Source: Monocercomonoides exilis PA203
Lineage: Eukaryota > Protista > Preaxostyla
Reading direction: 5' to 3'
Length of the DNA stretch: 64,000 nt
Assembly: GCA_001643675.2 (NCBI GenBank)
Contig: LSRY02000001.1
Span: 682,001-746,000 of the forward strand
In this document: positions 54,501-64,000 of the stretch, piece after piece
Layout: every line of letters starts with the position of its first letter
Position numbering within the stretch: the stretch's first letter is position 1
Translations under genes and position numbers: made by a program
Notes under the pieces: model-generated
What the model saw: only the letters and a program-made list of their open reading frames with translations
What the model was told of the DNA's origin: nothing
Databases searched by the model: none

Positions 54501-55123
54501 AATTGGTTAAAGTTCAAAAACATATACAATTAAATAACTGAACAACATACACAACATTAACAAAAATGATAATGCAAGCAACAAATAATGCTCTTTAATT
54601 TACAAGATTTGAAAAAATTCAATTTTCCTGAAACATATCATCTGAATCATCAAAGAACACTAAAAAACTGAATGTTCAACCACATTAAATAATAGTGGAT
54701 ATCTGAAGATTTATTAATATAATAACTGCAAGTATCCATTCAACTTATCAAGCATAAATACAAAATTTTATTTATTGGATATTTTATATTATATCGTGGG
54801 ATTGATCAAAATTATTCTCATTTCTAAAAAAGATTTTGAAAAATGCTTTATTTTGATAAATTCTCTTATTTAAAAAGAAAACATAATATTTACAAGCCTT
54901 GTATCTATTTATTGATTGGAAAATTTACATTAATATTTATTTTTATTCATAATTCTCATATTTATGGGTCATTTTAAAAAAAAAGTTTTTTTTCATGAGA
55001 AGCAAGAAGAATTTCGAAAAATCTGTCCATACAAAAGTTTTTAAATAATTTATGCTTTTCAAATATCATAAAATTAATAGCAAAAATCCAGAATTGCAAA
55101 AGGTAGACAGTTACACCTATGCC
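51533..55123. mobile_element. Non-autonomous long-TIR element (Merlin- or MULE-like) carrying a host-gene fragment
   Basis: ~394-bp TIRs identical by eye (51533-51926 and 54730-55123), starting GGCATAGG. Perfect 8-bp TSD GCTTCAGG. Confidence 0.92.
52360..54144 (+). pseudogene. Truncated single-pass receptor with a kinase-like C-lobe (cargo)
   Basis: Extracellular-like segment, TM helix WSMVVIVIIAVLFLMFEFIFVVVVVIL, then RWKAPE / AVVFTLGLILHEMTTGEVP / GVRP (kinase subdomains VIII-XI). Several stops and no 5' end. Confidence 0.75.
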
Positions 55124-56384
55124 GCTTCAGGATTCAATCTTTTCTTCATATTGACTCGATAGCGTTCGTTGGCGATTCGCTTTGCTTCCACTTTCTTCTC
55201 ATGTGACTTCATCAGATATCCAATAAAACTGGAATTAGCATCTGAGACGACTGCGGTCAATGGGTCTTTCAGGATTTGAAAATTCGTCAAACAACATGCA
55301 ATAGGGAAATACTCCGTCACTCTTTCCACTTCAAACGGCCATGGACGCCTGAAAACGGCAAAAAAAGTCTTCAACCTCCCAAAAAATCGCTCAACAATGA
55401 CTCTATTGGACGCCAATTCGGGTGTTCCGACAGGTTTTGAGAAAATTGCACCCAATTTTGGCCTTGCTCCAATGAATGCAGAGTCAGCAAGTATCTTTAC
55501 TCCTCCAAATTAACCATCAAACAGAGATTAATGGTATTTAAAAAGGACAAAATCGTGTGTTGACCCTGTTTGAACGTGGCTAATTGTACAAGCAGTACCA
55601 ATTCGAGGATTAACACCAACTTCCACCTTCACACAGTAAATATGATGCTTTCCACTATAAAATTTTTTTCCATATTCCAACCTCCCACCTGGTCGATTTG
55701 TTGGAATTACAGTACAATCCAAAACAAGACCCACCTCCTTCATTCCTTCAAGACAATCTGGTCGAAAAGTGAGAAATAAATCAGTCAAGGGCACTCTGAT
55801 GTCTGCAGCAATACTGTGAAGAAGACGTATTGTTGCATTTTGAGTGTCAAAAAAAGAAGAAGAAAGCATAAATGTGTGTGTAGTGGATCCATGATGAAGA
55901 AAAGTGAGTAATAGAAAAAGTTGATCAGAAAAATTGTTCATTGCTTTATCTTATCCTTGGTGAGGAGGGATTTCTTTTTGAAGAAGTTGGAGTAATAAAT
56001 CGAACTCAACTCGAGCGAAGCCAGTGAAGCGAAAAAAAGCAGTTTGGGTATTGCCTAAAATATTCAAAGCTCTCTCAATGATTGATGTGGATTTTTTTGT
56101 TTCTTTGACAGCAGGAGAAGCAGGCATTTTATTACTTTCTTCAACTCTCTCCAATACACTCAAAAGTGAAGATTCAGACATTGATCGAAACAGTCAAAAA
56201 ATGATAACAACAAACACACCCTTCATATGTAAATATTTTTGTGATCAAAAATGACCCATGATAAAAAACAATGGATGTTATTAAATCTCATTGGAACTTA
56301 GTCGATCTTTTTGGAATGATATCAAACTCATTTCAAAAAGTTAATGTTAATACGATATAACTAAATAAATTCGTATAAGTTCTT

Positions 56385-58048
56385 GTCAGGGCGGAAACTT
56401 GAGCCAGGGATGAAACCTGAGCCACATTGATCAAAATTTTCAAATAAAGTTTTTTGATCATAATGGAGAAGGTCATACCCTCTTTGGCCAGGCTGTTGGC
56501 TACAAGTGAAATGTGTTCAATGGAAAACGATACTATCAAAGCAATATATGCCTATGACATTTTAAACTTTTCTGAGCGAGAAATTGAGGAGTGTAAATTG
56601 ATATCACGTGTATCATTCCAAAGAGCTATCAAAGCGTGAAACGAATGTGGAAAAATAAGAAAGTGCGGAAGACCGACTCTTTTTACCATTTCAGAAGAGG
56701 ACAAATTTGAACAGCAAATATTGGCAGAGGTGCGCAATGGAAAAAATCCAACAAAGAAATTCATAGAGCAGATGGTTTCAATGCATTGTTTTTATATTTT
56801 TATTTAAAAATTTTTTTTATTTAGGCCAACGAGTTGTTATTGAAGAAGCGAAAAGATGATGAAGATACAAAAAAGGTGGACAAACATTTGGTCGATAGAT
56901 TTTTATCTAGAAATCCAAAAATTGAACTGGTTAAGCCGAAAGCTTTACCAATTGGACGTGTAGCCCACACATGCAAAATGGTTTTAAATCCATTTTTTAA
57001 TTGTTATGATATGTATATGCAGCAAATAATACCTCTGCCACAATTGATTTTTTATATCGACGAAACATCAACATCCTTTTCCGACTCGGAGCAAGATTTG
57101 GTGGCATCATCTTCTTCTACTCCTTCATCTATTATTGCTGAGCCATCTCTTCCATCTTCCACTATCATCGTATTTATGACAAGTGCGGATGGCTGCAGAT
57201 ATATTACTCCAGTTCTGATCCTATTAAAAACAATTCCCAACGAATACAGACTTGCTACAACCTCACTTGAGATTTTTATTCCAACTGCAAATGGACATCT
57301 CTCTTCAAATATATTTCTTGAATTATTAAAAAATAATTTCTGCCGGAAATATTGAAAAAATAGAATCAGATTGGAGAAAACTTTCGACATGCAGCTCTTA
57401 TTATGGACGGAGGAGTGGGTTATTTTCAGGAAGATATAAAGAAAGAATGCAGAGATAACTTAATTGATATGAAAAAATTACCATCTCACACATCCCACAT
57501 TCTCCAGCCAAACGATCAATTCATTTTTGCTAATATGAAGCGCGTTTTTTCAAAATCAAAGGATTGTGGCATGGTAACTTCAGCATCTGCGAGAAGAGAA
57601 GCCTTTGTGAAAGTTCTGAAAAATGGAATAGCTTCAGCAAGCTATCCAGAGACGATTATCGCATCATGGAAAGTGAGCGGAATGTGGCCAGTAAATAAAG
57701 AAGACATTCTCAGACACCTTCCAGATTCACCTCCAGAATGGGCTTAATCCGAAATTGAGCCAAAAAAAGCTCCTGAAGGTTCGTCTTATGGAGCAGTTTA
57801 CAGAGCTTCCGATAGGCTTGAAAACCTTTTTAAATAAACAACTTTTGATCTCAATTATTCTTCTTTATTTTTCATTATCTCTCTTTTCTTTCAATCCAAT
57901 TGAATGTTTTTAACATGTGCAATAAAGAAATATTGTATTTTTTCATCATTTTGCACTAATAAAAACTCAATTTCAAAAATATAAACTAAAAAATGAAAAA
58001 AATATTATTATTCATGAAAAGATCACTGGCTCGGGTTTTCACCCCCAC
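56385..58048 (+). mobile_element. pogo-type transposon (pogo-D)
   Basis: GTCAGGGCGGAAACTTGAGCCAGGGAT versus the reverse complement of the right end, GTGGGGGTGAAAACCCGAGCCAGTGAT. TA at the right flank. Confidence 0.75.
56463..57837 (+). pseudogene. pogo-like DDE_1 transposase, decayed
   Basis: GRPTLFTISEE, YIDET, MDGG, LPSHTSHILQPND and SWKVSGMWP. One intron, plus stops and a frameshift. Confidence 0.85.
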
Positions 58049-58055
58049 TATTCGT

Positions 58056-59055
58056 TGAACTTTTTCGAATTGAATGCATATTTTTGATTTGACTCAATCA
58101 ATTTGCCTTTAGTCGATCTTATTTGATTTGACTTAATCAAAATTGATTAGAAAAGATCTTTTTTGTGATCAAAAAATCAAAAATTACGTGAAAAGTTTGA
58201 TCATTATTATTGAATGTTCTTAATGTTTTCAATTAAATAACAGTTTTTTTTTAAATATTTTTATATGTTCATCATTACGAGATTTTTCATATGTTTGCAC
58301 TATGTATTATTATCATTATAATCAATATTATTGATGTTTTTGTTATAAGTTTTTCATATTTGCTGTGTTACCCAAAGTATTCGAATAGTTTTATCTTTTA
58401 TTTTTAGCTGATTAAATGAAAGAATTATTTGATAACATGTTTGTTTTTATTATTTTTTTGTTTTTTTTTTTGATTTTTTGATGTGAATCATAAAATCATG
58501 TTTATTAAAAAGCTAACATCTATTATTGTCTATTAAATTTTCAATGTTTTCAATATTTTCAAACAAATAACATTATTTAAGTATTGAGTGAGTGAACAAA
58601 AGCTCTATTGTTAATATATCTGTTTATTTTTTCACTTTTTTATTTTGATAATTTAAGACTTGTTTTATTATGATCAGCATATTTTTTCTTATCATATCAA
58701 TATATTTTTATGTGAAAAATTTAAAGAATTGAATAATTTTATGCTTTTGTGTTTTTTCCAAAGATAATAGATAAACAATAAAAATATAAAAATTTGACAA
58801 CATGAAATTCAACGTTTTTCAATTTAAAAAATTAATATTTTTTCACTATTTTTATTAGCGTTATTTGTGAACAAAAAATATATTAAATTTTGACACGAAT
58901 TTGATTGGATTCTGAATTGATCATACACCCACAATTTTTGATATTTGCATTGACTCAATCAAATCGATTTGTCTCGATCAAATTTGCATTATATTTAACT
59001 CATTTGCTTTAGCAAAGGCAAATAATGTATGACCAGTTCAAATCGCATAAGTCAC
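58056..59055 (-). mobile_element. Non-autonomous PHIS derivative U1 (ends resemble copy E)
   Basis: 58056-58165 resembles 61446-61556, and 58944-59055 is nearly identical to 63705-63816. AT-rich non-coding interior. Confidence 0.7.
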
Positions 59056-59058
59056 AAT

Positions 59059-60476
59059 AGACCTTAAACGAATTGAGCAGGTCAATTCGAATTGACTAAG
59101 TCAAAACGTTTTCAGTCAATTTTAATGGTTTTGACTCAATCAGTTCGGTTTTCCTTCTATTTTTTTTGTGATCAAAAAATCAAAAATTATGTATCAATTT
59201 AGATTAGAATTATGAGAAGTTTTTTCTGTTTTCTGTTACAGAGTGGTTTGTTTTTAATTGTTTTTTTATAAATGTTCACTTATTTATTGTCTTTTATTTG
59301 TTTGCATTAAGTTTTTTTGAGATCATGAAAAATACATCGAAATTTTTGAAACAAGTTTTTTTAGTTATTTTTGATTTAATAATAAGTTTTTAATGTTCAA
59401 ACTGTTATTTATTGTTTTAATTATGGAGTTAGTATTCATTATTTCGTTGGTTTTATTTCAGTTTTATTTTGAAAAGATGTTATTTATTGAACAATTGTTT
59501 TTTCATAAAACTTTGTCTGAATTATGAACTATATAATCTATCTTTTTTATTTTTTATCAAGAAAAGAATTGGTTAAATGATGAGTGGTTAAAAATTTTTT
59601 CAATTCGAATTTGTTTCATTGTTTTTTCTGTTTTTTTATATTTCGTTATATGTTTCTAATTCTTTTTTATTCATTGAATTTTTTTCTTCAAATCAATCAA
59701 AATTTATTAAAATATAATATTCAAAATATGTTTCTAATGAAAAATTTGTAAAAACAAAATATAATATTGAATTAATAATTTTGAAAAAATCAAAACATAG
59801 ATACTTTCGTTTTTTTAATAAAAAACATTCACATTATAATTTATATGAAATGTAATCCATTTATTCTTTAAATATTGAAAGATATGGGTGATTCTTTTTG
59901 AAAAGTCGCAAATGTTTAATTTTCAAATAAATCAATAATTTCATATTTTTATGAAATTTTTGTCCGCGAACACCAAACTTCACAAACATGGAATCAGTAT
60001 TTTGATAATGCTATTTCAAACATTCTTAAGAAGATTTGTGAGGTGAAACAGAAATTTGAGCAAAATGGGTGATTCTTTTTGAAAAGTCACAAATGTTTAA
60101 TTTTCAAATAAAATTAAATTTCATATTTTGCTCAAATTTCTGTTTCAGCTCACAAATCTCCTCAAGAATGTTTGAAATAGCATTATCAATGAATAGATTT
60201 GATTGAAGTGAAGTTTGATATTAGTTAACAGAAATTTGAGCAAAATATGCATTTTTTGATTTATTTGTAAATTTAACATTTGTGACTTTTCAAAAAGAAT
60301 CACCCATATGAAAAACTTTATTTTTGAAACTTTCTATTGATCATGCACCCAGAATTGAATCAATTGGTTTTCACTCAATCAAAACGGTTTTGAGTACGAC
60401 TTTTTGGTTTTATGAACCACTAATTGGTATTAGTCAAATCGAATACCGCATTACTGAGTCATTTCGTTTTATTTCT
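59059..60476 (-). mobile_element. Non-autonomous PHIS derivative U2
   Basis: AAT|AGACCTTAAACGAATTG...CATTTCGTTTTATTTCT|ACT. Family GATCA..CACCCA motif at 60339. Confidence 0.65.
59886..60305. mobile_element. Compound MITE (partial copy plus full 239-bp copy starting at 60067)
   Basis: Two GGGTGATTCTTTTTGAAAAGTC left ends, one right end, and outer ATAT flanks. Confidence 0.8.
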
Positions 60477-60479
60477 ACT

Positions 60480-61439
60480 TGATTGATTTGACTGAGTCAC
60501 GAAAATGTGACTCAGTCAAATCGATTTTTATCTGGTTTATCGAATTTTGCTAATTTTTATCGAATTTCCCTCAATCTCGCCAAGGGTGAAATTGTGATTT
60601 TTATGATCACAACATGTGATCGAGCATTTTTTTGTTTTGTTTAAATTTAAACTATTAAAAGCTCATGAACGTTCAACTTTTAATATGATGTTTGTTTTAT
60701 TATGTATTATTAGTATTTTTTTTTGTAGTTTTTTTGGTTTGATTCTGGTTTTCGATAACTTTTCATTTTTGTAATTCCGACTTTGTTATCATGTTTTTTG
60801 ATTGAAATCTATTCTAATATTTTTGTTTTTTATTGGATGAACGTTTGCACATACGAATTTTTGTGATTTTTTTGGTTTATACAAAATTTTTTAACATTTT
60901 ATTATTTTATAATGTGTATCATGTTTTGAACTGAATATTTTAATGTTATTCTTATTGTTTTAATAACAAATAAAAAGATTAAGCTATTGCGAACAAAGTT
61001 CTTTTGAAATTTCATTCATTTCAAGCTTTTTGAAAAGTTATAATAAAAACAAAATATTTTTATTAAGAATTATTTATTATTCGCGATATAAACATAAATA
61101 ATTTTTAAATGATGTGACAATTTCTTTCTCACAATTTCAAATTTATTAAAAAGGTTAAACTCAAAAATATTAATGTTTTTTTGAAATTTTAATATAAATT
61201 TCAATAAAATAATTTATTGAAACAATTATTAATGTATTTAATTCAGCTTTCAGAAAGAAAAAACAAAGTTTTAACAAAAAATATTTTTTGTTTAAATTAT
61301 GATCAAGAAACCCAGAATTGAAAACATCGTATGTGACCGAGTCACATCCAATTTGACTGCATCTCAATGGCATTAGATCGATCTTATTGGATGTTTACCG
61401 ATCAAATGCCACTTGACGCAGTCAAATCAATCATTTTCT
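60480..61439 (-). mobile_element. Non-autonomous PHIS derivative U3 (internal-deletion relative of copy A)
   Basis: 61299-61433 is a close reverse complement of 109-243, and 60490-60575 of 2335-2418. Confidence 0.85.
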
Positions 61440-61445
61440 AATAAT

Positions 61446-63816
61446 TGAACTTTTTCGAATTGAGTGCATATTTTTGATTTGACTCAATCAATTTGCATTT
61501 AGTCAATCTTATTTGATTTGACTTTATCAAATCTGATTTGAATAAATCATTTTTTGATCTTTTTTGAAAACAATTATGAGTCAATTACGATCAAGATATT
61601 GATTTAATTTTTCAAACTCTCTTCCTTGTTGGTAGATCTTAATAATACAACAAGTTTGTGAATTCTCTTTTTGATTGTTTTTAGTATTTATTGTTTATTT
61701 TCAACATCTCTTCTTCTGATTCGGATCATAATGAACAATTTGATACTTACATTTTTAACACGAGCGAGAGAAGATCAACAGTTGAAATTTAATTTATATC
61801 TGTATTTCCGAAAAACAAAAAGCTCATTCGATCCAATTTTGTTTTCTTTTTTGTTTTTGTTAGGTTTTTTTTTCATTTCATTTTTAATAATGTATTTTGA
61901 ATATAAAACAAACAAATATATAGAAATTTTATAAATAAATGCAATTTTTGTTTTTCATTCAAAAAAATAAATTCTGAATTGGAAATATTAATTATTAAAG
62001 ATTATAAAAAAGATGAGATGGTTGCTAAAAGAAGCCAAAGAGAAATTTAATGATAATCACTTTTTCTTCAGCAACGATTGGAGAACAGATGGGGATTTAT
62101 TTTGTTTTGAATCAACAGAAGAGGAAGAAGAAGCAGTTGATGAAGATGATGATGAAAAGGAAGTAGAAGGTTGTGATTGTGAAAATGAAGGAAAAGGTTG
62201 AGTTGAAGATGGAGAAAAAATACTTATCGACTTCCATTGCTGCGGAAGGTGCCAAGCTTGTGAAATATCACATTTTTGATTTTCATCAAAATCATTTCTT
62301 TCTTTTTCCAAAACCTGTTCCCTTTGCTCGCTTCTTTGTACTAAAACTTCGCTATTCGCTCTTTCTTTTCTTTCTTTCGCTTTTTCTGCTTCGTATACAC
62401 TTAGATCATCGTCAGAAGCATCTAAAATAAAAAAATATGGTAAAATGATGTTTATAAAAATGAAAAAATTGTAATAAAAAATTAAAAATAATGGTAAAAA
62501 AGTGAAAGATAAGCCTCCAATTTTTGCCAAAATTGTAGTTATTGTGGGTGTCAGGGTATTTTCTGGATTGAGTTTATTTTTCATTTTGGAGAAATATTTG
62601 GCATTGGCCATTTTCTTTGCATCAACTTTTCTCATGTAATTCAAATATAATTCCTCCAAAAACTATGAATTTGCTTCTGCATCTTTCTTTGTGAGTGGAT
62701 TTTGTAATATATGAAAGTTAGTGAGGCAGCATGCGACGCAAAAATAGTCTGCAACCTTCACGACATCAAATAACCAAGGTTTTCTGAAGACGGTGAAGAG
62801 TGTTTTGAGCCTTCCAAAGAATCTTTCAACAATGACACGATGAGATGCAAGCTCAGGAGTTCCAACGGGCTTTGTAATAATCGCCCCAAGCTCTGGTTTC
62901 GCTCCTATGTTAGCAGAACCGGCCAAAATCTTTGCTCCTCCAAGCTTTTGAACAAATGTGGGGTAATGTTCTTTGAAAATAGTGAAATCGTGAGTTGACC
63001 CAGAGTAGATAGAACTGATTGTACTTGCTGTCCCCACCTTAGGGTTCACTCCCACCTCCGCCTTGACACAATAAATGTGATGCTTCCCTGAGTAGTATTT
63101 TTTTCCAAACTCCAACCTCCCTCCAGGTCTGTTTGATGGAATTACTGTGCAGTCAAGCACAATTCCCACCTCCTTCATTTGCTCTAATCGATCTGGACGA
63201 AATGAAAGAAAAAGATTTGCAAGTTGAGGTTTTAAATTTGATGCTGTTGAATGAAGAAGTCGAACTGTTGATGTTTGAGATTCGTGTTTTGATTGAGATA
63301 TGACGTGAGTTAAAGAAATAGAACCATGGTAAAGAAAAACAAACAAAAGAAAAAGTTGTTCATCCAAAGATTCGATTGATTTTACACTTCCGCGATGATG
63401 TTGGGCTGATGATGAGAGAAGACGAAGATGCAAGTCGAATTCATAACGAACAAACCCAGTCAGTCAGTGAAAACCGAAAGATGTGTCAGTAAATTTTTTG
63501 CAAATTTTATCGATGATTGATTGCTGATCATCATCAGATTTAATCTCTATATGAGATGGCATCACATTTCTTTTTTCTTCGCTCTTTAAAATATCGAAAA
63601 ATGGAGATTGAGACATGAATGATGAAGTTTCAAAAAAGTTAAATACAAAAACACCCATTAATAACAATTATTATCGATCATATTCGCACCCACAATAATT
63701 GTTATTTGCATTGACTCAATCAAATCGATTTGTCTCGATCAAATTTGCATTATATTTAACTCATTTGCTTTAGCAAAGGCAAATAATGCATGACCAGTTC
63801 AAATCGCATAAGTCAC
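61446..63816 (-). mobile_element. PHIS transposon copy E
   Basis: AAT|TGAACTTTTTCGAATTG...CGCATAAGTCAC|AAT, with subterminal arrays at both ends. Confidence 0.75.
62057..63616 (-). pseudogene. PHIS transposase E (GC-AG intron 62514-62422)
   Basis: LDCT, YSGKHH, AGSAN (catalytic Asp lost) and VERFFGRLK. One frameshift and one stop. Exon 2 encodes WHLPQQWKS. Confidence 0.85.
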
Positions 63817-63819
63817 AAT

Positions 63820-64000
63820 AGACCTTAAACGAATTGAGCAGGTCAATTCGAATTGACTAAGTCAAAACGTTTTCAGTCAATTTTAATGGTTTTGACTCAA
63901 TCAGTTCGGTTTTCCTTCTATTTTTTTTGTGATCAAAAAATCAAAAATTATGTATCAATTATGATCAGTAATTCTGTTATTTTTGATGTTTTTCTTTGTA
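63820..64000 (-). mobile_element. Start of the next PHIS-family unit (U4), running off the window
   Basis: 63820-63960 is nearly identical to the U2 end at 59059-59198. Confidence 0.65.

Larger units (their letters stand above)
51062..56181 (-). pseudogene. PHIS transposase D (intron 51480-51391), split by the 51533-55123 insertion
   Basis: LDCT, YSGKHH, ADSAF and VERFFGRLK. The empty site restores RLNPEAPPPSSITTLFYSED. Exon 2 encodes WFLPN*WKS. Confidence 0.85.
50203..56383 (-). mobile_element. PHIS transposon copy D with a nested MITE and a long-TIR element
   Basis: AGAACTTGTTCGAAT...ATTCGTATAAGTTCT termini. Shares the AGT trinucleotide with copy C. Confidence 0.8.

Noticed and set aside
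58040-58050. CACTA or Helitron identity from the CACTA/CTAG at pogo 3' ends
   Set aside because: The CACTA is in the wrong orientation and is better read as CAC plus the TA target. The encoded protein is DDE_1 type.
109-61433. One giant 61-kb element bounded by inverted repeats
   Set aside because: The matches are the ends of copy A and its derivative U3, each a self-contained unit.

Overview
AT-rich eukaryotic DNA with short GT-AG introns, the standard genetic code and Ser/Glu/Lys homopolymer-rich proteins. The style suggests an oxymonad such as Monocercomonoides, which is inference and not a database result. A host block (about 4.4-35 kb) holds tRNA-Val(CAC), a secreted Gly/Asn/Met-rich protein, Derlin, a foldback element, a 1,717-aa ATG5, a roughly 5,900-aa low-complexity protein, a PUF protein and tRNA-Pro(TGG). 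The two tRNA genes point inward, and the DNA 5' of each (103-4373 and 34984-64000) is an almost gap-free stack of DNA transposons. Each stack starts 6-8 bp from the mature tRNA 5' end, and neighbouring units are separated by about 0-8 bp. All five PIF/Harbinger-ISL2EU (PHIS)-type transposase genes point toward their tRNA, and all three pogo-type genes point away. The PHIS transposase has a spliced second exon with a conserved WxLPxQWKS motif. Main hypothesis: orientation-specific DNA transposons of two superfamilies that target the Pol III start region of tRNA genes and accumulate as head-to-tail arrays. Secondary insertions inside the stacks are two hAT-like elements, a long-TIR element carrying a receptor-kinase fragment, and 240-bp MITEs with AWWT target duplications. 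All boundaries were read by eye and may be off by a few bases.
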